A DNA stretch of 61,338 bases, filler included, from Sphacelaria rigidula (taxonomy: Eukaryota): NCBI GenBank assembly GCA_964200075.2. It is 11 parts of 11 records of this genome, joined end to end, with 100 filler letters (N's around TTAATTAATTAA, not from the genome) between each part and the next. Parts side by side here need not be neighbours in the genome. Positions count along the whole stretch, not along the records: positions 22,344 to 27,828 come from CAXNAA020026937.1; positions 27,929 to 33,413 come from CAXNAA020026938.1; positions 33,514 to 38,998 come from CAXNAA020026939.1; 8 more parts are not named here. One strand, 5' to 3'. A model generated the notes under the pieces. The model searched no databases. It was given only the letters and a program-made list of their open reading frames with translations, and was not told the origin of the DNA. Made by a program: the position numbers and the translations under genes. Positions 24,543-37,578 of the stretch are shown in pieces (the stretch's first letter is position 1; every line of letters begins with the position of its first letter).

Positions 24543-24755
24543 TGTTGTCGTCCCATCTATTCTGGACGCCGGTCTACACCTTTCGGTGTAAGTGGGCGCA
24601 CCAGCCGGGGTCACACAGGAGGAAGGTCAACACGGGAGTTTTTTTTTTAATTTTTTTTTGTGTCAGAACCCCACCTTCTTTTTGCGGTGCTTGCCTTTTT
24701 ATTATTTATCGCGAGAGGGGTTCAGCAGTCCCTTTCTCTCGTCGACCGTGAAGTC
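24543..24755 (+). repeat. Dispersed repeat; related copy at about 33600-33690
   Basis: tgtcgtcccatctattctggacgccggtc..gggcgcaccagccggggtcacaca matches tgtctcatctattttgggcgccggtc..gggcgcaccagccagggtcacaca. Confidence 0.7.
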
Positions 24756-25131
24756 GATTTCGTTTCTCAACAGTCTAATCCGTTTGTTGGATTTGGATTC
24801 ACGTGTGTGAAACCGTGAGGACGCGAGTGAGCAATGACAAAAACGAATCGACGGACGTCAGGTTGCTGCAAAAGCGCTGATCCAATATCCGATTTTCAGC
24901 CAGTTACTGTATAGCTAGCTGGGGGTAGATGGGTTGATCACGTGAGATTACAGTGCGGGCTGAAAATGAACAAAATTCATGTACAGGAAAATACCAACGA
25001 GCTGTGTAGATGCGAAAGCGTTTCTTTTTTTCCGTTCTTTCTTCCCGACTTTTTCCATGTTTTGTTTCTCACGTTTTTCTTCCTCATTCATCATTTCTTC
25101 TCGTTTGTTTTTCTTTTTCCATCACAAGCAG

Positions 25132-25346
25132 CTGATTCAGGAATAAACGTTCCGTTGGGGTCTAAGGCGGTGGACATTTTTAAGGCCACTGAAAATGTCA
25201 ACACCGCGCTTGCGGCAGCTAAGGCCGCGGGACTTCACATGGTCAACATCGGGGCTGGGGACATCATCGCCGGGAGACCGGCGAGCATTTTGGGATTATC
25301 ATGCCAGCTCATTCGGGTACACCGATTGGCGCAGAAGAAACTCAAG
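25132..25346 (+). CDS. Next exon of the CH-domain gene (completes the CH domain)
   Basis: Polypyrimidine tract + cag| and |gtata. The phase joins the previous exon. FKATENVNTALAAAKAAGLHMVNIGAGDIIAGRPASILGLSCQLIR matches fimbrin CH1. Confidence 0.88.
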
Positions 25347-25973
25347 GTATATACATATAAATGTACATATACATCATATATATGTATATATATACATGTA
25401 TACAAGCCGCACGGGACCCGGGGCTGCGCCCCGGTCCCGTCCGTCTTTTTCGACGGTCTCGGTATTCTTGCCTTGCCAAGCCCTCTTGAGAATAGATCCT
25501 CTCTCGAAATATTCATGCCCGCCGGAAACATTGCAGGACCACCGCGATCGTACGTCCGTTCGAACGGTCGCGAGCGCATGTGTACCCCCGCACAGAGTAA
25601 AGCACGAATCCGCTGACCGAGCCCCTATCATTGGCATTGGCCCGTACAGTCATCTCCCGGGGCGGGTGCGGAGGAACTTGCACACTAAAATCAGCAATAA
25701 ATCTCGTGGATGTCTCGTTACAAAGTATGCTTCACGCTCGTAAGTTCGAAATTTTCTAAATATATGCTACGTGAATATACATATACAATTCGAAAAAAAC
25801 ACACAATAAGATGTACCGTGAGAGGTCGACATCGCGCTTGTGTCGTTCAAGTGAAGCTACGGTGGAAGCAAGTGATACTCTCCCCCGGGAAGAAGAATTA
25901 AGATTTGTTATTCCCTTCTTTTTTTTTCAGCGAGGATATGTATATATATAAACATATATGTACAGTTGTAGTG

Positions 25974-26027
25974 GAAGATACAATCGACCGCTTTTGAGTT
26001 GAAGATACAATCGACCGCTTTTGAGTT
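25974..26027. repeat. Perfect 2 x 27-bp tandem duplication
   Basis: gaagatacaatcgaccgcttttgagtt occurs twice. Confidence 0.95.
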
Positions 26028-26173
26028 AGCCCCACCTACAGGAGGAGCAGTGGTGCGCGCCGATTCCCACCGCGGTGGAGCGGGGCCTCGCCATCAAAAA
26101 GGCGTCGTTTTCTCGTCTTTACTCCGCGTGTTGTTCGTGTGTACCATGCGCGTCTTGTATGTGTCTTGTGCAG

Positions 26174-26457
26174 GATGCTCGGGAATCCCGACAGCAGCCC
26201 CAAAACCACCAGCCTTACGTGGAACATGATCGACAACAAGCCAGACGACTAGCATCGCACTCGATGATCACTGCTCCCGCATCCGTGTGGACGTCGGGGC
26301 CATCCGATGAATCGCTGGAACCTGTTGGCACGGTGTGCCCGTTTACCTCGAAGTGGAAGCGCGGAGAGGGTGATGTCGACAGTCGCAACAGCGGGGGTGG
26401 TGAAGGGCGGTCCCACAAGGTTTTCCAAGGGGCTTCGTTCACGATGATGTCGAGCGG
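26174..26457 (+). CDS. Candidate downstream exon of the CH-domain gene (no recognised domain)
   Basis: ttgtgcag| acceptor and |gtacgt donor. Open and phase-0 compatible with the exon ending at 25346. Confidence 0.45.
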
Positions 26458-26691
26458 GTACGTAACGTTACTCTATGTCGCGTCACGTCACGTCACGTCG
26501 CGTCACGCTGCGTGTGTGGCTTTTCAGTCGAGAGGATGAGATGTTTTGCAGTATTCATGCGCAGCTTGATCTTCGAGAGTTATCCATGAAGCAGTGAATC
26601 GATCAACACTCTCTGACGGATGTTGTACTGTAACAAGGTGTTCCGGGAAATATCATGATCGGGTACGCTGCTTTACGACACTCTACGCACG

Positions 26692-26748
26692 TTGCGTCAG
26701 GTTGCAGGTTGCGTCAGGTTGCAGGTTGCGTCAGGTTGCAGGTTGCGT
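26692..26748. repeat. About 3 x 17-bp tandem repeat
   Basis: Unit gttgcgtcaggttgcag. Confidence 0.85.
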
Positions 26749-27928
26749 TACGACAAAAAAAAATGTCCGTTGCAAAAATACCATTTTTTTGGTGCGTGCG
26801 TACGTGATCGCGCGCGCGTGTGTGTTTTCTCAAACGCATTCGTGAAGAAGCGAATCCTTGGTAGATAGTCCTGCTAAGAACGGTAATCATCCTCGAGACG
26901 ATTCCTCATATCTTGTTGCGGTGACTTCGGCAAACCCCGAAAGAGTCTGAACCATTTCACCAAACATTTTCCATACAGTCTTCCGCGTAAGCTTTCCTTC
27001 ATGAGCCTTACTAATAGATGAGCCTGCCTACCGGTCAAGCGGTATTCTTTGCATTTATACACACACACACATACAAGCGTTTTTTTGTTGGATCGCTGTT
27101 CTCGGTTTGTGCGGAAAAACGAGGAGACACTATGGAATAGTATATTTGACTGATTGACTGGTTGCTCGATTGCTCGATTGCTCGATTGCTTGATTAGTTG
27201 ATTAATCGATTGACTAGTTGATTGCCGCACATCACCTGACTCCCGAGGAGTCATATTCCAGTCGTGGTCATTATCCACAAGATAGGCGTACCCAAGATAC
27301 ACAAAATGAGACCTTTCGCTCAACAAAAAGATTAAGTGAAAAAAACCAAAACAAGCACAAAAAATACAAACACATACACACACAAAACGAGGTAGATTGA
27401 ATAACCAAAGTATAAAAACAAACCGAACAACAGCCAGCCAACCAACCGAGCAGGAAAAGGAATGGAAAGGAACGGAGAACTATCATAGCATAATATCAAG
27501 AAAAGCAATAATCATGGAACAAAACTGGGCAAGGTCGGCCCCTGCAGCATTGCTTCAGGTAAAAACAGGCCGGGAGCAAAAAGAACAAGAGAACTCCCAT
27601 GTAACTATACGCAAAGCGAGACAAGGACGCCATGAGAGCATATCGTGGCTCCGCTATTCCGGACTAAACTACTTGGGGATGCACTCTCACCCATGAGCCC
27701 TACGGAAGCAAGGCACCAAGCTGCTACTGTGTGCTATTGAGAGGAAAGGAAATACATACGATATGAAATCTACAAACAACTTAATGGGGAAAAGTGAATT
27801 ACCCCCCCCAACCCCCCCCACACAAACCNNNNNNNNNNNNNNNNNNNNNNNNNNNNNNNNNNNNNNNNNNNNTTAATTAATTAANNNNNNNNNNNNNNNN
27901 NNNNNNNNNNNNNNNNNNNNNNNNNNNN

Positions 27929-30900
27929 ATTCGAGCTCGTCTCGCGCTTCATGGACCCCCGACTCAGTCGCCGGTTCAGTTATGCATGTTCAGAGTACCA
28001 GAGATGCATTTAGCGCGAGTTTTGACGGTTGGCCGTTTTCCGAGGAAACTTGGGATGATGTTTATCTGACTTCAACAACGGCATTCATAACCGATGACCC
28101 CCATTGGTGGAACCCACTTCTTTCGTCTTCCGCTAGATGCAATGCCTTCAGCAGTCATGCCCACAGTTACATCAACTGTAGTGTTCAAGGCAACAGCATG
28201 AGCGACTGTGACAGCTATGCATCAATGCCTTTGATCTCATGAACCCTGAAGTGCAGGACAATAAACCCTCGTCGCGCCAATGGCAAAAACGCATGCGCGA
28301 CTATCGTCCACCCCCTCGAAATTACCGCAACAATTCAAACCAACGTGGCAACAAAAACTCTAATCGCGGCCGCCGACACAACAACAATCACGGAAGCCCT
28401 CGCACAGTTACATCAACTGTAGTGTTCAAGGCCACAGCATGCGCGACTGTGACAGCCATGCATCAATGCCTTTGATCTCATGAACCCTGAAGTGCAGGAC
28501 AATAAACCCTCGTCGCGCCAATGGCAAAAACGCATGCGCGACTATCGTCCACCCACTCGAAATTACCGCAACAATTCGAACCAACGTAGCAACAAAAACT
28601 CTAATCACGGCCGCCGACACAACAACAATCACGGAAGCCCTCGCCAGAACGATAAAAATTCTCGTGACAACAAACGTCCCGCTGATAGACACCAGCGGAC
28701 GGAACCGACACAAAATTCTAATCCCAATACCAGAAACCGTGGTACCTTCACTACGGATCGCCTAGATCCATGACGTGCCGACGCCGGCGTTGTTCGGTCT
28801 TCCACGCCGTCGATAGCACGAGCGAAGACTTTTTCAGCACAACCCGCGGAATCCGTGTCAAAAATTGCTCACTCGACTCTCCCGACACTATCCAGGAGCG
28901 TAACTGGCGGCCGTTCATATCGACCCCTGTCTCGACCCTCCACACAATTTTCGACACAGCCCGCAGAGCCCGCGACTAAGATTGTCCGCCCGGCTCTCCC
29001 GGCACTATGCAGGAGTGCAACTGACGGCCGTTCATATCGACCCCCGTCTTCATCCCTCCACACACCGCGAAACAGTTGTGTCACCCCGCGACTGAGATCT
29101 ACACCCGGCACTGAACTTGGTCCTTCAGTACCGAGTATAAGTCTGAGGTGTGGGAGGACCAACCGCCAGCCCCTGAGGCAAAGGCTTCCCTCAGCGACCG
29201 CACGCACAGGTAGCAGCAAGCCTTTTTCAGCTGACCCAAGTGTTGCTGATTTGAACTTGACCACATCGGATCATGTAATTCTCAATCAGTTCCATCGGGC
29301 TCCTTCCCCGCGATTTTTAAGACGCATGGACCTACCTTCGGCCGGTTTTACTAACAACCGCCCCAACATATCTTCGGCTATGCCCCAACAGCCAACCTTG
29401 CCTACGGAAAGCAGCCCACAATTTTCGCTCCGTCATGCCCCGATGCTGACCCCATCCACGCAACTGGACGCAGTTGTGGTATCATCCCCAAATGTTTTGG
29501 AAGTTCCCCGATCGTTGTCACAGCAAAAGAGAAAGCTCCGTAAGCATGCCCCCAAGGACGCGCGCGCATCATTACGTACACTTCTTTCGAGCGGAAACCC
29601 TCGACCTCAGTCTCTCCAAAATGCGAAGACCTTGAGCTCGACGGCTCTATCAAGTATCCCGAAAGAAACAAAATCGCATGATTCTAACGGCACTACTTCT
29701 TCAATCGATGGCTCCAGCCCCGCACATTCTGGATCCCCCTTTGACGGTGATCCCTGTCAACCGAAGACGATCATTTACGAAATTGCCAATGACCGTGCCA
29801 CACCTGGAAATAATATACCGTCCACCCCCTTCTTTGGTGAGCCATCTGACTCACCGGCGGATCATCCGCCGTGCATTTTTGCTGTCAGCCCTGCTGATCC
29901 TGACCAGTTTACCTTGCCGGAACGCGGTCCGGATCTTGTCGGCGGCAAAGTGTCTGTGGATCCAGCCACTTTCACTACTCGCGTTGCGACCCACGCCGGT
30001 CCAAATACTATCACGCCTACGAATGCGTATGCTTGTTGGACAGCGGCAGCCCGCAAACATTTATTCGAGAATCAACGTGGAAACACATGAAATAAACTGA
30101 CGCTGCTACTGCAGCTTGTGAAACCACCACCAAACCTCGCGTGTGGGGCGGTTTCGGTGATTCTGCCGCACCACTGACGACACAAAATCCTTACGTCTCA
30201 GTGTTGAATACTTTCACAACACCACTCGATCTGCCAGCCTGGCAGTCTGGGCATACATTGTCCCCGACAGCACAATGCACCACGCCATATTATTGGGCAG
30301 AGATAGCGATATGCGGTTTAATAAACGAACCTACCGCACGCTTCCACCACTAACGCCATATTCCACGCCTCGTGGAGAATTCAACCTCGAGCACTTCGGT
30401 ACTCTCCACGGCGCCCTGGCTTATCAGAAGAATCCTCAAGCAACCGGAGCTGCTTACCACCTACGATATAACGGTAGTGTGGGTATTACACTCTCCGACG
30501 ACCCCCAACTTCTTGAAGTTGCACTCGTTCGCCGAAATGGCATGGCAGCACTTACGGGCCATTATCTCGCCGAAATGTTGCCCCGTATTGGCGCACCAGC
30601 CGACATAGATCATTTTGTGTCAGCGGGACAACAACTCCTCCCCCTTACGGGCCATGCTAACTTGGAACCCGGCGATGTTTTAGGAATCGCCGCTGCTCCC
30701 CTGATGCACATCCCACTCGAGACATGCGTCACAGAGCCTGCCGTGTCAAACACCTCATCCCCGGCGGAATCAGTACATTGTGTCAATGAATCCTATTTCG
30801 ACCTCACCTCTGCGACCCCACCCCAGGTTCACACCGTGGATCCTGCACAGTCAAATTCCGATCCTCCTGCTGAAGTGCTTCAACGCTTATCACCAGATTC

Positions 30901-33355
30901 TCGGAATAGTTTCTTGCACATATGGAACCAACTGCCGCCACAAATGCGCGACATCAATCTTGACCTTCATGGGCCAGGCTGGGAAGCGGCAGTCATCCAA
31001 GAACTCAGTGATGTCCTGCTACAGTACCAAGATCGATTTTCCCGATCCAAGACGAATCTTGGGCATTGCGAAACACTGCCCTTTGAGGTTACCCTCCAAC
31101 CCGTTGTGTCGCCGATTTCTTCTCGGCCATACCGTACCAACCCAATCCTTACCAAGAAAGTAGACGCCATCTTGGATGCGTATTTGGGAGCGGGACTAAT
31201 ACAACATTCCTCCTCTCCTTGGGCCTCGCCCCTTGTGGTTGTCCCCAAAAAGGATGGAAACATACGCATAACCGTAAACTTTCAACGGCTGAACCGCGTC
31301 ATTGTAGTCGGTAAACTTCCAATTCCCCGCATTGATGAAGTTTTCGACTCCTTAGACGAAGGAAAAATATTCAGCACCTTCGACCTCGCTTCTGGGTTTT
31401 TTCAGAATGCTGTACACCCTGAAACAGTCCCACTGACGGCTTTTTGCACCTCGTTCGGACTCTATGAGTGGCTTCGAATGCCACAAGGCGCCGCCACTGC
31501 CCCGGGATGCTTTCAACGCTTAATGCAACGCGTCACCGAGGGCCTCGAGCACATCATTATGTACTTGGATGACGCTATCGCCTTTGATGCCTCACCTATT
31601 GCACATATACGCACTCTACGATAATTTCTCTCTCGCTTATGCACGCACGATTTGAAACTGTCTCCATCCAAAGCTCGCCTTGGCGCGACTGACTTGGATT
31701 TCTTGGGGCATTCCACTTTACCAGCAGGCCTGCATCCGGATACAAACAAAGTCAAGGCGACGATTGATTTGCCGATGCCAACTAACATTTCTCAACTTCG
31801 CTCATTGTTGGGCGGGCTATCCTACTACCGCATTCTTTTGCCGAATTTATCTAAACAGATTCGCCCCCTTACTGAGCTACTCAAGAAAGGAGCCGTGTTT
31901 TCTTTCACCACCGAAATGGAGAATATCACCCGCAAACTACTCAAGACGCTTGCCGAAAAGCCTGTACTTTGCTTTCCTGATTGGGAGGCAGTACAAGATG
32001 GCTCCCGCCTTTTCCAACTCCATACTGACGTCAGCACAAGTGGCTTTGGAGGAGATTTGAATCAACCTCAGGTTGATGGCTCTGTCCGACCCATCCTTTA
32101 TATCATCCGCGCTACCCTGCTCGACAAGGCCAAGTGGAGCCCGCTAGAACTGGAAGGCGGAGTAATCACTTGAGCCATTAAGCGCCTTCGACAATATCTG
32201 TTTCACGTGCCCTTCGAGATCTATACGGGTCACGGAGCACTTGAACAACTCGCCAAGGTTGGTGAACACAACCCTCGTGTACAACGATGATTGGAGTTTC
32301 TAACAGCATACCAGTATACCATTAAGCACCGTCCAGGCAAAACCAACGGGAACGCGGATCTTCTTTCCCGCCTACCTCTGCCGCCTACGGCCGTAGATTC
32401 CAGCCCGGCTTGCCGTTGAACGAAACCCGATGAACCCGGAATTTACGTGATTAGACGTTTTTCAACGCCCGTTTACGCCCTCGACCTCCAATGCCCGGTA
32501 ACCGGTATGCATACGGGAGGACCTCGCCCTCTACCATATGACGCCGTCTTGGGTGGGTTAAAGCCAACTACCTCCGATTTTGTCGATTTTCGCACTTTCG
32601 GTACTCGCGCGAAACTCTTCACGGAGACACCTCCAGCCACTCACCTTATCTCCGACAACACGCGCTCCCGGTCTGCCGCCCGCACCACACCAAGTGTCCC
32701 GCCGTCACCAAGAACACCTGCAACCTCTATGAGCCACCCAACACAAGTTCCACGGTCCAACACGCAAAGCTCCGCGAAAACTTCTGCACCGTGCGCCACG
32801 CGCCGCGAACAATCTTCGCCGCGCACTGATACAACCCCGTCGCCAATAACGGCGCCGCAAACATTTCCTACCCCCGAGCACGGAACTGACGACTCGTCTC
32901 CTGCTCCCGGGACAGATATTGACGTCGGCATTTCTGCCCCGTCGCCTATTTCCCCGCCGCCTGCCCTACCATGTTTGGTCGGCTCGCCAGCGGAAGGTCA
33001 ACTACGCGAGTTTCTCGCCAGCTACCCCCACCGCGATTGGGCTCGCGGATAAAACGTAGAACCGCTATGTCGCGCAGCCATCCGGTACTTACAACTTGAC
33101 TGTCCAATCCCTTTTCCATCCACACTTCTGGCCCCGGTTGGGACACTGCCACCACCAGTTATTTCTGACGTATACGAGCTCGTGCGTAAAGGCACCCTTG
33201 TTCCTACGGATGAAGGCGTGCAACTACTCGTACGGCGGCCCACGCCCTTGACAGGCGCAATTACCGCCTCAACTACGGGACGCACTGCACGACTACTCAA
33301 TGGCGAACCAACGCGCATATATGTGCCATTATTAATGCGCCCCTGGGTCATGAAA
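27929..33355 (+). mobile_element. pol: Decayed Ty3/Gypsy internal region: gag knuckle, protease, RT, RNase H, start of integrase region
   Basis: (Y)INCSVQGHSMRDC knuckle; LLDSGSPQTFI near 30031; SPWASPLVVVPKKDG, FDLASGFFQ, MPQG, MYLDD (30275-31624); LHTDVS, WSPLELE, HRPGKTNGNADLLSR. In-frame stops at 31622, 32171 and 32288. Confidence 0.95.
28162..28643 (+). repeat. 241-bp tandem duplication covering the gag zinc knuckle
   Basis: Units 28162-28402 and 28403-28643 are near-identical. Confidence 0.95.
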
Positions 33356-35093
33356 GAACAACAAATTGTGAGAATTGAGGTTTAACTTCGAGATGAGGCT
33401 CAAGCCTAAAACANNNNNNNNNNNNNNNNNNNNNNNNNNNNNNNNNNNNNNNNNNNNTTAATTAATTAANNNNNNNNNNNNNNNNNNNNNNNNNNNNNNN
33501 NNNNNNNNNNNNNAGAGCAACGCCCCCCCCCCCACATCGGCAGACTACAAGTTGTCTGCTGTCTGCTGTGCGGCATTTGTATGTACACTGTGCGTGTGTG
33601 TGTTGTCTCATCTATTTTGGGCGCCGGTCCAGACATTTTTGTATATTATGCGGGCGCACCAGCCAGGGTCACACACACAGAAGGTCCATGTTCAGGTTTT
33701 GAAACTAAAAAACACTGCATACTGCGTGTTGTCTGGTGTTGAGTGTAGTACTCTGCAGTTCCTACACCACTGCAGAGTTGTCTGGTGCTGGGTGTACCAC
33801 GCTGTAGTCAAGATAATGGGGTCATCTTTTGAGCTGTTTCCGAAAGGTTTTGCTCGTTTTCCGAAAAGTTCTGGTTGTTTTTTGGGAGGTTCTCGTTTTT
33901 TCCAAGTATTCCGAAAAATCGAGAGTGTTTTCTGTTACAGAAAGTTATACCAGAATCTGGAATAGCCTCAGACAACAACCAATTTGAAAATTGGAATGAC
34001 CCCTTCTCACATTCAATCATATCCTAGACTTAATCTCGAAAACATTGTTCGGTGTCTACGGGCTGTTGAATGTTATTTTCCCGCTCTACTTCAGCGAAAG
34101 AACACATTCGTCCCATAAATCCGAGCGCCCTTGTATTTGTCATTCCTACTAAAATGAACAAGTAAGTCGCATTTACCAGGACCCCGCTACTGCTTACCTG
34201 TAGGTGTTTGAAATGATCTTCGTGGAGCGAATGTGACGTGCATCCTAGAACCGCAAGCATGATTTATCATTGATCTTTTATCGATCGTACATTTTACATC
34301 CAGACTCGACAGCAAGACAGTGTATCTACGGCTTTTCAATGGAAGGGTCGCGTGGTATTGTGGCGTAATTTCATCAGCAAGAGGGAAGACAAGGCAGCGA
34401 AATCTTCTCGATGATGACCGAACCTGCCACAGGTTCAAGTCGCAACACGAAAACGCCGACCGAACTTGGGAGGCACAAGACACTTCCTGATTGTGTGTAA
34501 AATTCTCAATTGTGTAAAAATGTTGGTTGGAATACATCTGAACAGCGAGCCTTCAGCAACGCCGGTAAGCAGCCAGCAACAAAGAAAGCAGGCGAATAAG
34601 AACGATTCCAAATCAACCACACGACCGACTCCGACGCATGAGGTCCCCACCCTGTACAATATCAACCCTTCCCACGCCCCCACACATTCGCGTCTACCAA
34701 TACGTGCCTCGGGTGATGCACACATTTCACTGTGTTGAACCCCTCCTCCCGCCCTCATACGCATTTGCTGATGCCATGACCTTGCAAACACAAGAGGTTC
34801 CATCGTGTTCATCCCTCCTTCCCCTACACCCTCCACGAATTCGAAAAACCAGTCAAACAAACATGTAGCTCCCAGCAGTTCTACCTTTGTGTAAATACAT
34901 GATCATCATGTACTGCACGCCATTTTTTTTTTTATTGGCTGAGTCACCCAGATCCCAGGATCGGAGATTGAGATGGGAGATTTCGAACCATAAGCTCTCC
35001 CGCACCCATTCTCATGCCCAAGCGCTAGACTGTTACCGTACCACATGAAAACGTGCCACACACTAAGTCCATGACATGATACGGTAGTTTTGT

Positions 35094-35174
35094 GTGCCCC
35101 TTTGGGGTCACACTGATGACGTGCCCCTTTGGGGTCACACTGATGGCGTGCCCCTTTGGGGTCACACTGATGAC
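35094..35174. repeat. 3 x 27-bp tandem repeat with an internal CCCC-TTT-GGGG hairpin
   Basis: gtgcccctttggggtcacactgatgac head-to-tail, with no spacers. Confidence 0.95.
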
Positions 35175-37343
35175 GTGCTCCGTCTGCGCGAAAAGAAGAG
35201 ATAACAGTGTTGACCAGCCCCATTGTCACGGAAAGACGGGGGCTTTTGACAACGTACCTCATCTTTGCAAAAAGACGGAGTCACAATGACGATGTGCCTT
35301 GTCTCAAACAAGGTCACAATTAAGACGCACGCGCGGGATACGAGGCAGCATTTGAACACCTCCTCGACATTCGCGCGTACGCCATTTTCGCAGATCGAAA
35401 GATCTGTTTTCGATGAGCGGCCCCAACAAACAAGTCCCGCGATCGGAATGGGTCTCCGAACCCCTCTCACTCCGCAAAGTGCTACGTCAGACCACCCCTT
35501 CTCTCCATCCGGCCGCATAACTCTCCGCATAACTGGTCCTCTTGACGGCTACACTCGCATGATTGTAGCGAGTCGAAGATGCCACTCTCTTCATGCGTGA
35601 ACCACGGCAATGAAAAAAACGACATTTCGATCTTGGTGAAACATGAAACAATTCTACCCAGCCGCCTGTAAGGCCGACACCAAGACAGCTAGCTCAACCT
35701 TCCAGTTGTTTGGTTCTTCACGCTTTTGAACCTCGACAAGCACGCCCGCTACTTACACTGTATCCGTGCGAAGCGGCCCAACCAGCGGCCTTGAAAAATT
35801 GACACATCAGAGCAAAAACCTGATGTACTACTTCCCGTACCACTTTCCGAACAACCTAGGTCTAATTAAGTTCTACTGTGCCTACGAACCAAAACAAGCA
35901 CCCAAGAGACTAGACATTGCTTTACATTTGGCTAGCCTAATCCCGATATTCAACCCGATAAACTATAACAAACCAAAGAACCCTGACTCCTGTCATGTTC
36001 TCCTAAAATACGAAAGCAAATCAAAAGCCCAAGAGACATGGACCATGCTTTACATCATATAGCCGAATATCAAGATATAGCTCGACAACCTTGTTCATAA
36101 ACCCAAACTCTATTGAGGGATACTTCTTTACTGAATTAGCCGCCCGCCCACCTGGGGTTGACGACCCCAGGTCCATTTTGCGCTTTGAGCTCTCCGTGGC
36201 GATTTCCAACATCAGAAAACAGGAACACCGGAAGATGAATACTTGTTTGACTGCATTTTTATTTTTCGAAAACGTGAATGGGACGAACACCCTAGATAGA
36301 ACCCCACTGCTACCGCCGTACCCGAAACCTACACATGATCAACACATTGAGAATGCACTGACAGCTTTCGCTGGCTGTTCTTGTCCCCCCTTCCCCTGGG
36401 ACCATCCATTTGAAGACACGACGCAGCACAAAACCATTCGTTGTCCACTTGCTCCATGCACGAAACGTGTCCGTCGATGATCAAGGAACAACGTAAGGTC
36501 AAGGCACGCGACAGTACCAAAGATGGCTTTACCCATCCCACAGGCTTGGACCTCCTCCCTCCCTCCCCGTCCCGTCACTCGCCACCGTTGGCGGAGGCGT
36601 GTTGGCTCTTCCATGAAGAAAAAACGAGACTACAACCACTCGTTGCCGCACCCTATGCAACGTCTCGTCTGGAAAAACATGTTCATCATACGCTACCACG
36701 AGAACTACGACCAACGACAGACCGCACACGGTGCGCTCCATCGTGAGACCTTTGCCCCCACTCGCTCAACCCCATCTCTCCGTACACCGGTTGACAAGAA
36801 TCCTCCTGTCCTTGTTCAAAACCATTTCCCTCCTTCTTGGTCAGAAGCAAGGTGCAAAGAACTCGCCGTGTGTATCAGCAGAGAGGGGCACCCTTGACAA
36901 AAGCCCTTCTTTCCCAACTGCTCAAAACCGGAACATCCACTTTCAGTTTCAAACGAGAGATTCCGAAAGACCCCCCGTGGGTTTAGTCCCTCCAGATACT
37001 TGGAATGAGGACGCCTCTTGGGTGAGAGCCATCTTGTGGCCCCCGTTAGTAATGCTACTCCATCCAGACACGAACTGGGAAAAGGGGCACGAGGGTGGTT
37101 GCTTACCGTCTCACCTAACCCTACAAACTGGGCGGGGCCTGTAGCAACTGACTTGGAGTGGGCTTACAGCCCATCCATGAAGACACTCACCAGGCGTGAC
37201 AAAATAGGAAATGGGGTCGAACAGAAACACACTACACTCCAGTAGTACGGGGCAGGGCTGAGAAGTTGGCGTCATCCTGTGACAACTCAGTGCCCCGCCT
37301 CTGCTCCCCTCACGACCATACGGCGGCGGTTTGGACCAAATAA

Positions 37344-37578
37344 CGGCTCCTCACTTGAACGGCCAACGGCCTGGTTCAAATGAGACAGAACGGTTCTTCA
37401 CTCGATTGGCCAGCGGCCTGGTTCAAAGTGAGACAGAACGGTTCTTCACTTGATTGGCCAGCGGCCTGCTTCAAAGTGAGCCGGGATGGTTCTTCACTTG
37501 AACGGCCAGCGGCCTGCTTCAAAGTGAATCGGAACGGTTCTTCACTTGAACTGCCGGCGGCCAGCTTCAAAGTGATTC
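37344..37578. repeat. About 5 x 48-bp tandem repeat
   Basis: Units start at 37344, 37391, 37439, 37487 and 37535 (cggttcttcacttgaacggccagcggcctgcttcaaagtgag..). Confidence 0.92.

Noticed and set aside
35094..35174. CRISPR-like 27-bp palindromic repeats
   Set aside because: Head-to-tail units with no spacers, no cas genes, and a eukaryotic context.
37344..37578. CRISPR-like 48-bp periodicity
   Set aside because: The whole unit is repeated and there are no unique spacers.
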